Source: Thermoplasmatota archaeon
GTDB taxonomy: Archaea; Thermoplasmatota; Penumbrarchaeia; Penumbrarchaeales; Penumbrarchaeaceae
Reading direction: 5' to 3'
NCBI GenBank assembly: GCA_029762535.1
Contig: JARVGK010000001.1
Span: 98,860-162,859, forward strand
DNA: 64,000 nt
Part shown: one piece after another, positions 16,750 to 26,187 of the stretch
Layout of the letters: every line of letters starts with the position of its first letter
How positions within the stretch are numbered: position 1 is the stretch's first letter
Notes under the pieces: model-generated
What the model saw: the letters and a program-made list of their open reading frames with translations, nothing else
Told to the model about the DNA's origin: nothing
The model's database searches: none
Program-made: the position numbers and the translations under genes

Positions 16750-19515
16750 ATGTCTTGCCAAGGATCGGGTGGAAGGCCCAAGGTCGCCGCAGTAACGGTC
16801 ATTTCGGCCTTTCTCATGCTTTCTCTGACGCTCTTGCCGTACTTTTCCACAGGGGAGGTCCCGCCGACCAGATACGCCAGCCAGCTGGACCTTTCCGTGT
16901 TGGTGCCATACCATGGGGCCATTGACAAGGAACATACGGGCGAAGCCTGCCTGTCCATGATATTCGATCAATGGGGGCCCTATGTCCAGCAGCAGGATAT
17001 CAGGAACGTTACGAAAGGCCCGCGCGGGTCCGGGGTGGCGGAGCCCCTGGAGATCGTACGCGCCGGGCATTTCTCCGATCTGAGCAGGGCGGCCTCCAAC
17101 CCCCTGCAGAAGGGTTACTCCGCAAGACCTCTCGGGTACGGGGCGTTCTATTACGATTGGACGAATTCGAAGGACGACCCAAGCCCGAGGTTCCAGGAAA
17201 GGTTCGAGGACCTCTTCGAGGCGGTCACCCATGGATACACGGTCATGCTCTACATGTACACGGACACGCCACCGGTCATCGATCCACAGCCTCCCAACCC
17301 AAATATCCCGGATCCCAACGATTTCCCTCCGTCAGGAATAACCCCTCCGAGCATCGATCCGCCCGTTACCCCTTCGGACCTCGCCAGGCTGGACAAGCAT
17401 TGGAGGCTCGTGGTAGGTTACGAATCGGATACGACCAGGTTCAAGATATACGATCCATGGCCCGCCGACGGGTTCGCCAAAGGTAGGGACGAATACTGGA
17501 TCGGCAGCAACGAGCTCGACCGTATCTGGAACATAACGACCCCGGAAGGAACCGGCTTCGACACGCACCGTATAGGGGTGACGTCCGGTCCAATTAAAGC
17601 GATGCTCACCCTGCCGAGGAACGACCGCATCGAAGCAGGCACGGTCTTCGAGATCGTCGCCAACATATCTTATGCCGCCCCTCCGGTCATGGCAGGTATC
17701 TCTATACAGGATCCAGTGGCCTCTCTGGCGATACCCCCCGATTACCAGATTATGGAGAACCAGACCGTCAAGCCCCTAACCATCACCTCCCCTCGATCGT
17801 ATACGAACGTGGTATGGAATGTGAGGGCTCCGGAGAACAGCTACGAGGGGCAGCTCACGGGCTTCACTCTTGATATCAGAGGCGAGGTCAGAAATGTCGA
17901 TCTCGGAGGGAACAGTTACCGTGATATGCTGGGCAATCGCATCGAATTCAACGTGGAGACCTTCGGTTTCTTCAACTATCCGCCAACCATCACCAATGCC
18001 AGGATCGATCCGGCCATCATCCCTGATGACGGCTCTGTACAACCTCTGATCACATGTTCGGTTTCGGATGTCAACGACAATCTGAGACAGGTCTACGTAG
18101 ACCTCACCTCGATCGGAATGGCGCCTACCCAGAAGTTGTACGATGATGGCACCCAAGGGGACGTCCAGGCCGAGGACGGAATATATTCTTTTAAGATCCT
18201 GCGCGAGGTCAGCAAGGGTATGAAGACCCTGACCATATACGCCGAGGACAACAGGGGGGCGAAATCGACCGCTGAGATCATGCTGGATGTAAGGGACGCC
18301 AAGGAGCTCACCGATCCTCCGGTAATATCGCGTATGGGGGTGTCACCGAACAGTGTGCCTAACGACGGGTTCACGACATCGCTGATATGGGCCATGATCG
18401 GCGATACCCAGAGCGATATCAGAAAGGTCAGTGCGGACCTGACGCCCGTTGGCGGCGAGAGGAGGTTCGAGCTCGTGGACGACGGCACCTCAGGGGATCC
18501 CATCGAGGACGACGGCAACTACAGCGCCATGTTCGTCGTGAGCCCGGATACCCCGATAGGCAGTGTGGATGTTGAAATAACGGTCGAGGACAGGGTCGGC
18601 CATATCGTCAAGGGCAGGACCTCCTTTGTTGTGGTCATACCGCCGACGGACCCGTTGATAATCGACGCATCCGCAGAGCCGAGGAACGTTCCCAACGACG
18701 GGAAGACAAGATGCGTCCTGACGGTATATGTGTCCGACCCGAACGAGGATATCGAGTCCGTTTCCGTGGACCTGTCCAATGTGGGCGGTTCCCAGGGCTT
18801 TCAGCTCAAGGACGATGGAATTGGTGTGGATGCCAGGGCCGGGGACGGCATATGGACGGGTGAGTTCTTCGTACCGTCATCCGTATCCCCGGGGAACAAG
18901 AACATAGCGATCAAGGCGGTGGATTCCACCGATAGATTCTCGACATCGACGTTGACCATCAGAGTGGAACAGTCCAACAGGCCCCCTTCGATAATCGATT
19001 ACAGGGTAGAGCCCCCCGGAGGCAAGTTCAAAACGGGGGAGAAGGTCACCGTCAAGGTCAACGCCACGGACCCGGAGCTCCAGATAGCCTCCGTAGAACT
19101 CGACCTGATGGAGATGAACATGGGGGTCGTCGAGCTAGTGGACGACGGGAGCGGTGATGACGAGGCGGCCGGCGACGGCACCTATTCAGGCTCCTTCATC
19201 GTAACAGGCGACCTGAACGGAACCTACAATATCACGATAAGAGTGATCGATGCCGCAGGGGCCGAGGCGGTCGTTCGGTTCCCGGTCCAGGTCATCATCG
19301 AAGGCAATGGTGCCCTTTCGATAGGCCAGGGCCTGATCGTGGGGATACCCGCAGGCATCGCCCTCCTTCTCGTGATCGTTCTGGTGGCGAGCTGGGCTAT
19401 CCGGTCCCGCAAATCATCCAAGGCCCCGCAGCTCCAGAGTCCTCAGGGTGGTTTCAGACCCGTGGATCGCCCCCAGCCTCGATTCACTCCGGTCGCCGGA
19501 GCCGGTCCGAGGTAG
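16750..19515 (+). CDS. Membrane-anchored surface protein: C39-like peptidase domain (nucleophile Cys replaced) and four choice-of-anchor-X-like repeats
   Basis: VPYH...HTGEACLSMIFDQWG, HWRLVVGY, YDPW; four L.DDG..GD..A.DG.Y/W repeats; C-terminal TM. Confidence 0.8.
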   Translation: MSCQGSGGRPKVAAVTVISAFLMLSLTLLPYFSTGEVPPTRYASQLDLSVLVPYHGAIDKEHTGEACLSMIFDQWGPYVQQQDIRNVTKGPRGSGVAEPLEIVRAGHFSDLSRAASNPLQKGYSARPLGYGAFYYDWTNSKDDPSPRFQERFEDLFEAVTHGYTVMLYMYTDTPPVIDPQPPNPNIPDPNDFPPSGITPPSIDPPVTPSDLARLDKHWRLVVGYESDTTRFKIYDPWPADGFAKGRDEYWIGSNELDRIWNITTPEGTGFDTHRIGVTSGPIKAMLTLPRNDRIEAGTVFEIVANISYAAPPVMAGISIQDPVASLAIPPDYQIMENQTVKPLTITSPRSYTNVVWNVRAPENSYEGQLTGFTLDIRGEVRNVDLGGNSYRDMLGNRIEFNVETFGFFNYPPTITNARIDPAIIPDDGSVQPLITCSVSDVNDNLRQVYVDLTSIGMAPTQKLYDDGTQGDVQAEDGIYSFKILREVSKGMKTLTIYAEDNRGAKSTAEIMLDVRDAKELTDPPVISRMGVSPNSVPNDGFTTSLIWAMIGDTQSDIRKVSADLTPVGGERRFELVDDGTSGDPIEDDGNYSAMFVVSPDTPIGSVDVEITVEDRVGHIVKGRTSFVVVIPPTDPLIIDASAEPRNVPNDGKTRCVLTVYVSDPNEDIESVSVDLSNVGGSQGFQLKDDGIGVDARAGDGIWTGEFFVPSSVSPGNKNIAIKAVDSTDRFSTSTLTIRVEQSNRPPSIIDYRVEPPGGKFKTGEKVTVKVNATDPELQIASVELDLMEMNMGVVELVDDGSGDDEAAGDGTYSGSFIVTGDLNGTYNITIRVIDAAGAEAVVRFPVQVIIEGNGALSIGQGLIVGIPAGIALLLVIVLVASWAIRSRKSSKAPQLQSPQGGFRPVDRPQPRFTPVAGAGPR

Positions 19516-19520
19516 AACGG

Positions 19521-20528
19521 ATGGATCCTACTGGGGCGCATGGGAAAATCGCCCCATCTGTCTCAAGGGACGGCCTGTCGATCAAGGTGATCGATCAGAC
19601 CGCCCTCCCGTCCCTCCTCCGGATCCTGGACCTGTCCGACATCGCCGAGTTCGAGGAATGTATACGGAGCCTTCGCGTCAGGGGTGCGCCCGCAATAGGC
19701 GTTTTTGGGGCGTTCTCCCTTGCGATCTGCATATCCAATGGTATGGGCCCTGATGATGCATACTCCCGACTTGTCTCGACAAGGCCTACCGCCGTGGACC
19801 TCAGGAACTGCCTGGACCTGGTCCTGGCGGCCTTTCGGGAGGGGGGGCCTGAAGCAGCTTTGACGGAAGCGGACCGGATCAGGGAGGACATCGAACGGTC
19901 CTGCAAGGCCATAGGAGAGCATGGTGCCGCTCTCTTCGGAGAGGGTGTCAGGCTGCTCACCCACTGCAACGCGGGGGCTCTGGCAGCTCCGGATCTTGGG
20001 ACCGCGCTATCCCCAATATTCCACCTCCATTCATCCGGTAAGCGGCCGTTCGTATGGGTCTCGGAGACGCGGCCTCTCATGCAGGGATCGAGGCTGACGG
20101 CCTGGGAACTATCGATCAGGGGGATCTCCCACAGGGTCCTTGTCGATGCCGCCTGCGCGTTCCTGATGAGGAAGGGTTTGGTCGATGCGGTCATCGTCGG
20201 TGCGGACAGGGTCTGCGCGAACGGGGACATCGCAAACAAGATCGGAACCCTGGACAAGGCCATACTGGCAAAGGGTTTCTCCATACCTTTCTACGTGGCC
20301 TTTCCCATGAGCACTTGGGATCCGACGTGCCCGTCCGGTGAACATATCCCTATCGAGGTGAGGGGCCCCTCGGAGATAGCGGTATGTGGCGGTGAGAGAG
20401 TGGCCCCCGATGGGTCCGAATGCTGGAACCCTGCCTTCGACACGGTCCCTGCGGAGCTGATTACTGCCTACATCACGGACCGTGGCGTCCTCAAGAGGCC
20501 GGGCAAGTTATCTATCCTTCCCAGGTAA
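19521..20528 (+). CDS. mtnA: Methylthioribose-1-phosphate isomerase (eIF-2B alpha/beta/delta family)
   Basis: DQTALP, VRGAPAIG, TRPTAVDL, LTHCNAGALA, ETRP, GDIANKIGT, NPAFD. Confidence 0.92.
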   Translation: MDPTGAHGKIAPSVSRDGLSIKVIDQTALPSLLRILDLSDIAEFEECIRSLRVRGAPAIGVFGAFSLAICISNGMGPDDAYSRLVSTRPTAVDLRNCLDLVLAAFREGGPEAALTEADRIREDIERSCKAIGEHGAALFGEGVRLLTHCNAGALAAPDLGTALSPIFHLHSSGKRPFVWVSETRPLMQGSRLTAWELSIRGISHRVLVDAACAFLMRKGLVDAVIVGADRVCANGDIANKIGTLDKAILAKGFSIPFYVAFPMSTWDPTCPSGEHIPIEVRGPSEIAVCGGERVAPDGSECWNPAFDTVPAELITAYITDRGVLKRPGKLSILPR

Positions 20529-20539
20529 TGGGTTCATCC

Positions 20540-23539
20540 TTACTCTTCCAGGCCTTCCTCTTTTGGTTTCATGAGGAAGAAACTTATGGCCGCGATGACC
20601 AGAATGACAGCCAGTGCATATAGGAGAAGGGGTATGGTCTGCCCGTAGAGCTTGGCGCTCTCCTCCTTGTCCTTGGCGAAATCGCCCCAGTATTTCACAG
20701 AGCCCTTGTTGTCGTCGATGTCCTCGGGGACCTGCTTGTAATATACATAGGCGATCTCGTTGTCCTTCGATCTCAGCAGCTGGTCGAGGCCATGCGCCGC
20801 CTTGAGCTTTCCCAGCAGGGCGAGGTTCTCCTTTGTCCCAACCACGAGCGCCATCTGTCCGGCGACCGTTTCCTCATCGAACTCGAGGTCTAGCTCGAGG
20901 GCCGGCTCTATCCCGTCGGCCACCAGTAGGGCGTTGGAAAGTGCCGCCGCCTTGGCCGTCGCCATTGCAGAGTCCTCTGGGGGCATGGAGACCTCGGCCG
21001 ATATGATCTCGATCCCCTGTTGGCCTATCGCCCATCCGATGAAGACATTGGCCATCTGGAAGCCCATGAGGGTCTGTGTGTCCGAGTACATCTCTATGAC
21101 GTATATGGGGTCCAGGCTCAGGTTGGTGTACACGTTCATGGTGATGTTGGTGTCCAGAATGGAGCCGGTCGTCCTGTCGACCATCCATCTCTGCGTCGTT
21201 ATGACATGGACACTTAGGTTCATCCCTATGAAAGCGGGGTTGAACAGGCCCGCGTCCATTATCGTCATGTTCTCCCATAGATACTTGACGGCATCATCCG
21301 TGTAGGATGTCATGTTGGCTATGCCGAAGAGCATCTGTTCCGACATTTTCATCATCATCGGATACGCGGGAACCGACATGGGGTTCGGCGGGAAGTTCCA
21401 ATAGGTCCCGGTCGGCTCCAATGTCTCGTTCAGTATCCTGTGAGTGTCGACGTCGATCGGGAAGGAGCTCATGGACGGGGGCAGGAAATCGGACCCGTCG
21501 TCGTATTCGACCGCGCTCTCCACGTCTATCATGGCGATCCCGTCCGCCAGATAGGAGCTGGTCACGTGATTCGTCATGGTCAGGTTATCGCCTCCCAGGG
21601 AGCCCTTGAGAACCGACGTTGAATCCAGGTCATAGTATATCTCCCGATATGTGGGCGGATATATCGTGTTCGATATGCTGCGCTGCAGGTCCAGGAGCGA
21701 ACCGGTGTTCAAGTCGACGGTGTAGACGAACTCGCAGGAATATTTCATGACCACGCCCGGCTGGAGGGGCATTCCTATTAGGGATTCGGCAGCTTCAGGA
21801 GGGATCGTGACATTGTTCGCGGCCATTCGGTATGTCGCGGCGTCCCTTCCCAGGAATATCACCTCTCCCGTCAGTGGGGCCGGGAGCGATATGCCAAGAT
21901 CGGAGTTGTACAGGGTGAAATTGTCCATAAGTTCCCCCTCTTCGTTCGCTATTCCCACCGGGAAGGTGAAATAACCGGTCCTTGGAACGTTCGACCATCC
22001 ATCCACGTTCACGTATTCCATCGTATATGCGTCCACCCCGAACCTCGATCCCACGGGCGGTGAGTATACTGTACCGTTGGGATATTCCATCCATGTGGTC
22101 TCGGTGATCTTCGCGGTGGAGGAGCTCTCATCGGTGTAGCCGGAGCAGTTGATCATCTGTACCGCTATCAGATCGATCGTCTCCGTCGGACCGGTGAACG
22201 GCGTCACCGTTGTGAGCCTCGTATTGAAATGCATGGTCTTATCGATCTGAGTGGTGTCCAGAGGCAGCCTTCTCGCGTCCTGCTCCCGCCAGTTCGTGAT
22301 GCTCTTTTTCACATCGAGGACGATCCCAGTGGCCGGTTCAACGTAGTAGCGCATGTTCAATGTCGCTGTGCCTCCGGGCATGTACGGTTCCACCTCAACG
22401 TTGACGTCATAGATGTAGGCTGTGTGAGGAGAGTAGGCAGTTGTATCCATACCTGTATAGGCCGCTGTGACCTCTTTGCCGAAGCCATCGTCCCAGAAGG
22501 TGTAGTTGATGGGTTCCACCCCTGTGATCGGGAACAGGTAATGTCCGGTCCTGCCAACCCCCTTGTGCATCCCTGTTACGGGATCGATCTCGACATCTAT
22601 ATGAGAGGAGAGCAGATCTATCCTGAAGCCCAAGGGGTCGAAAACATCGATCGTTTCGGTTATGTTAAGGGATCCACCATACGGGGAGCCGAGCAGGTTC
22701 CTGACGGCGGTGATATTTTCCAGTTCCATGAAGGAGTATGCGGCCTGATCGAACATACGAAGGGAACCCGAAAAAGAGGTCGTCGAGTTCAGGTCGTCAG
22801 GATACTTCACTGGAGGTATCGGTGGAAGTACGGGAAGAAATAGATATTGCCTGATCTCCTTGGCGAAATCGACTATCGTCCCGGTCATCGGGTGTACCCA
22901 TGCCTTTTCCCAGAGGGAGAGGGTCATTGAGGAGTTGGGTGGCAGTCCGGCCGCCTGCTCCGGGGTCAGAGGTATGGAATAATTGATCTCCTCCCCTCTG
23001 AAGACATAGCAGTTCACGCCTCCCCTCTCCTCCTCGCCCATGTAATGGGCCTCGGAATACGTCAGTATGTTCATGTTCCACACCTTCGCGTCCTTCTTCT
23101 CGAGAGGGTGGGGGAATATCCACTGCACCTCATCTTCGGCGGTGTAGGTCTTGTCGTAACCCTGGAAATTCTCAACATGATACAATATCAGTTCGTGACC
23201 GTCGACCGTGTATCTGTGATGCTTATCGAGATCGGGTATGGCCAATCCGCTCCCGTTGGTCTTGCCGGAGATCCTCTCGTCTATGAGCAGTCTATCCGAT
23301 GAGAGCACCTCTTCGACCATGATATGTCTGTCCACAGTGAAATTCACCCGATCGGACTGGCCATTTGACAGGTTCAACTTCTCCATGTATCCCCCATATG
23401 TGAAATGCTCATCGAAATCCTCTGGAAAGGGTGCCTTCTGGGCCTTCGAGACCTCGTTCATGAAGAAAGCACCCGCACTCGCGGCTATCAATCCCAGCGC
23501 TATGAATACAACTCCCAGAACCATGTTCATTTTCGCCAA
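20540..23539 (-). CDS. 999-aa DUF3068/PorA-like protein with four repeated domains and N- and C-terminal TM helices
   Basis: Repeats WVHPMTGTIVD, YVEPATGIVLD, TVDLNTGSLLD, MVDRTTGSILD, each preceded by a (Y/W)xFP motif. TTG start with SD GGAGGTG. Confidence 0.75.
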   Translation of the reverse strand: MAKMNMVLGVVFIALGLIAASAGAFFMNEVSKAQKAPFPEDFDEHFTYGGYMEKLNLSNGQSDRVNFTVDRHIMVEEVLSSDRLLIDERISGKTNGSGLAIPDLDKHHRYTVDGHELILYHVENFQGYDKTYTAEDEVQWIFPHPLEKKDAKVWNMNILTYSEAHYMGEEERGGVNCYVFRGEEINYSIPLTPEQAAGLPPNSSMTLSLWEKAWVHPMTGTIVDFAKEIRQYLFLPVLPPIPPVKYPDDLNSTTSFSGSLRMFDQAAYSFMELENITAVRNLLGSPYGGSLNITETIDVFDPLGFRIDLLSSHIDVEIDPVTGMHKGVGRTGHYLFPITGVEPINYTFWDDGFGKEVTAAYTGMDTTAYSPHTAYIYDVNVEVEPYMPGGTATLNMRYYVEPATGIVLDVKKSITNWREQDARRLPLDTTQIDKTMHFNTRLTTVTPFTGPTETIDLIAVQMINCSGYTDESSSTAKITETTWMEYPNGTVYSPPVGSRFGVDAYTMEYVNVDGWSNVPRTGYFTFPVGIANEEGELMDNFTLYNSDLGISLPAPLTGEVIFLGRDAATYRMAANNVTIPPEAAESLIGMPLQPGVVMKYSCEFVYTVDLNTGSLLDLQRSISNTIYPPTYREIYYDLDSTSVLKGSLGGDNLTMTNHVTSSYLADGIAMIDVESAVEYDDGSDFLPPSMSSFPIDVDTHRILNETLEPTGTYWNFPPNPMSVPAYPMMMKMSEQMLFGIANMTSYTDDAVKYLWENMTIMDAGLFNPAFIGMNLSVHVITTQRWMVDRTTGSILDTNITMNVYTNLSLDPIYVIEMYSDTQTLMGFQMANVFIGWAIGQQGIEIISAEVSMPPEDSAMATAKAAALSNALLVADGIEPALELDLEFDEETVAGQMALVVGTKENLALLGKLKAAHGLDQLLRSKDNEIAYVYYKQVPEDIDDNKGSVKYWGDFAKDKEESAKLYGQTIPLLLYALAVILVIAAISFFLMKPKEEGLEE

Positions 23540-23740
23540 ACTAAAACACCTCCTTGTGATGCCATGCTCCTTCCAGGGCCCCCACTTCTTTTTGTAAGCA
23601 CTTTCCTATATATAAAATGGTCTGAATTAGGAATTTTGGGATAAGGATACAGAACGTGGGTCTCAAAGGGACCTGAAAGTGTTCTCCGACTTGCTCGAAT
23701 ATATGAAAAGCTTATTACTGCGTATTTTTTTAGCCCGTGG

Positions 23741-24427
23741 ATGGCAGATCCGTTGGCCTATCTCCCGGAAAGGATATTCCTCAAGCCCATAATCATGAGG
23801 TTCCTGATAAAAAGCGTAGAAGGGGCCGAGAACCTCGGCAGGGATACGCCCTACATCTTCGCATCGAACCACAACAGCCATTTCGATGAGTTCGTCCTGA
23901 TGCCTCCGATATTCCTTTCCACGAAAAGGATCACTCATTTCTTCGCGGACAGGAAGCATTGGTTCCAGGGGAAGCTCTACTTCAGGTTGCTGGCATGGCG
24001 TTTCAAGGCCATACCCGTTGACAGGGGCAAGGGTACAGGCGACCAGGCCATACTACGAGGCGTCAAAATGCTTGAGAAAGGGCACAACGTCATCATCTAC
24101 CCCGAAGGGACCCGGGGCAGCTGTTTCGAGGTGGGAAAGGGCCGTATCGGGGTTGCGAAGATGTCGTTGTTGTCCCGGACCCCCGTCGTTCCCGTTGGCG
24201 TTTACGGGACCCATCTTCTCATGCCCAAAGGGGACCACAAACCCAAGATCAAGAGGGTCGTGAAGATCAAGATAGGAGAACCGATACACTTCACCGATTG
24301 CTGGGGACGGGATCCCGACGAGGAAATGCTCAGGAGCATGACGGACAGGATCATGACCGAGATAGCGAAACTCCTTGGCCAGGAATACAAACATTGTACG
24401 GGCGGATCTCAGTCCACATCTCCCTGA
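23741..24427 (+). CDS. plsC: 1-acyl-sn-glycerol-3-phosphate acyltransferase family (PlsC/LPLAT)
   Basis: Catalytic NHxSxxD (NHNSHFD), IPVDR, YPEGTR, PVVPVG. Confidence 0.9.
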   Translation: MADPLAYLPERIFLKPIIMRFLIKSVEGAENLGRDTPYIFASNHNSHFDEFVLMPPIFLSTKRITHFFADRKHWFQGKLYFRLLAWRFKAIPVDRGKGTGDQAILRGVKMLEKGHNVIIYPEGTRGSCFEVGKGRIGVAKMSLLSRTPVVPVGVYGTHLLMPKGDHKPKIKRVVKIKIGEPIHFTDCWGRDPDEEMLRSMTDRIMTEIAKLLGQEYKHCTGGSQSTSP

Positions 24428-25272
24428 AGGCCGCATCCGGGGCATCGGAACCTGGTCCGTCCTCTGACCGTGACCTCGAAATCCTCATCGCATCTGGGGC
24501 AGGTCAGCTCCAATGTCTCTCCAAGGCCATCTTCCTCCCATTCCAGTATATCCTCTTCGGTTCGACCACCTTCATTCGACGTTTCGATATCGGAGAGGCC
24601 TTTGTCCACCCGATCGTGATCCCCTGCTCCACACTCAAGCGCTTCCAGTGTTCTTTTCGCCGCGGCATCTTCAGGGTTTATCGTGAGCGCTTTTCGTAAT
24701 GATCGGTTGGCATCTTCCATCCTGCCGAGCTTCTTGAGTACGATGCCCCTATTCGTCAATGCCTGGTGATCCCCCGGGTTGACCTGGATCGCCCTCTCGA
24801 AGCATATCAAAGCACTTTCGAAATCCTGATCCCTCATGGACAGTACAAGTCCCATTAGGACCAGAGCTCCCGGATCGTTCTCGTCGATGGAAAGGGCTTT
24901 CTCCGCCTCGGAGTAGGCATTGTCGTATTCTTTCATCCTCATGAGCATGTCCCCATAGAAGACATGCGCCCATGGATCGTCATGAGAGAGCCTCATGCCT
25001 CTCTCGACCGCTCTCTTCGCGAGGTCCATCCTTCCGAGATGTGATAGCACCCTTGCCTTGGCGAACCAGAGGCTCCTGTCCGATAGATGCATCGCTAGTC
25101 CCATATCGTATCTCCTCAACGCGTCCTGAGGAAACCCCTCACGTTCGAGGACCAGCCCCTCGAGGTAAAGGTATCTGGGACGGGGCAGTTCATCCTTCAG
25201 AAGCTCCAGGGTATCCCTCGCTGAGGCGACATCCCCCTTTCTGAGGGCCCTGATGAGATCCTCCTCCGGCAT
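24409..25272 (-). CDS. TPR-repeat protein with C-terminal zinc ribbon
   Basis: Several TPR motifs; CPRC-x15-CPGC. ATG 25272 overlaps the upstream stop (TGATG). Confidence 0.85.
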   Translation of the reverse strand: MPEEDLIRALRKGDVASARDTLELLKDELPRPRYLYLEGLVLEREGFPQDALRRYDMGLAMHLSDRSLWFAKARVLSHLGRMDLAKRAVERGMRLSHDDPWAHVFYGDMLMRMKEYDNAYSEAEKALSIDENDPGALVLMGLVLSMRDQDFESALICFERAIQVNPGDHQALTNRGIVLKKLGRMEDANRSLRKALTINPEDAAAKRTLEALECGAGDHDRVDKGLSDIETSNEGGRTEEDILEWEEDGLGETLELTCPRCDEDFEVTVRGRTRFRCPGCGLQGDVD

Positions 25273-25730
25273 CAATCCTCCGATGGGGTTTCTCCCCCGG
25301 TAATGGCTCTTTCGGGATCGTATATGAACACGTATCTGACCGGCTTTCGGGTCCTGCTCCCCGTCCAATAGCCGCAGGTAGGGCACGATCTACCCGTATT
25401 GACGATCCATCCGTAAAGCGTCTGGTTCCTGATATTCTCCAGAGAGGATGAGCACACAGGGCATTTATTCGCATTGAAGGGTTCATCGCTTTCGCGGCAG
25501 TGTATGAACATCTTAATCTCCGGCATGGAAGCCGCTATCCTCCGCAGCCTCTCAGGCGACAGCCTGTAGTGTGAACAGGTGTCGGAGCCGGCTATGTTGC
25601 GGAGTATGATGGCGTGCAGTTTGGTCTGGGACCTTATGGTCTTGTTCTCCATCAGGACCTTCAGGATGATCTCCCGGACCTTATCGGAGCTTGGAACTCT
25701 GTAACCGCCTTCCTCAGGGGGTCCATCCAT
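25272..25730 (-). CDS. Hypothetical protein with zinc ribbon (CPVC...CPTC)
   Basis: ORF track; coupled to the TPR gene; basic helical N-terminus. Confidence 0.75.
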   Translation of the reverse strand: MDGPPEEGGYRVPSSDKVREIILKVLMENKTIRSQTKLHAIILRNIAGSDTCSHYRLSPERLRRIAASMPEIKMFIHCRESDEPFNANKCPVCSSSLENIRNQTLYGWIVNTGRSCPTCGYWTGSRTRKPVRYVFIYDPERAITGGETPSED

Positions 25731-25764
25731 GTCAACCTTAAGTTATGTGTTAATAGAAAAACAA

Positions 25765-25875
25765 ATCGGATGAAGGAGTGGAAAAAGGACGGGGAGAAGG
25801 GGAAAGTGCCCCGTCCTTGGGGTTGGGATGCTTGCGGGAGGCAGGTGGAACTTGCCTCTGCCGCTCTCATCCGAT
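25765..25875. mobile_element. 111-bp MITE-like or structured element
   Basis: Terminal inverted repeat ATCGGATGA/TCATCCGAT, ACAA flanking both sides, two internal hairpins. Confidence 0.35.
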
Positions 25876-25924
25876 ACAAAAGGATATAAAACCGAGGTGA
25901 GGGGGGGTAGGCGAAAGAAATGCA

Positions 25925-26122
25925 TCATTCCATGCGCTGCAGAACCTTTCGATGCCTGATAATGTAGCCCGCCACCTTGTTTCGCAGGCTGTGGGATTGG
26001 AAATGTGCCAGTTCGGCCATTACCTTCTTGTTCTCCTCGAAATCATCGCTGAACCTATCCGGGTACCTCTTCACCAGCTCCACGGCGGCTCTCTTTATGT
26101 ATGTGGGCCTGATATTTCCCAT
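25925..26122 (-). CDS. rps17e: 30S ribosomal protein S17e
   Basis: MGNIRPTYIKR...FSDDFEENKK...LRNKVAGYI. Confidence 0.97.
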   Translation of the reverse strand: MGNIRPTYIKRAAVELVKRYPDRFSDDFEENKKVMAELAHFQSHSLRNKVAGYIIRHRKVLQRME

Positions 26123-26187
26123 GAAATTCACCTGACGAAGTGGCCGATTGAAGTTTTCATATTTATACATATCCGAGGGCTCGGCCC

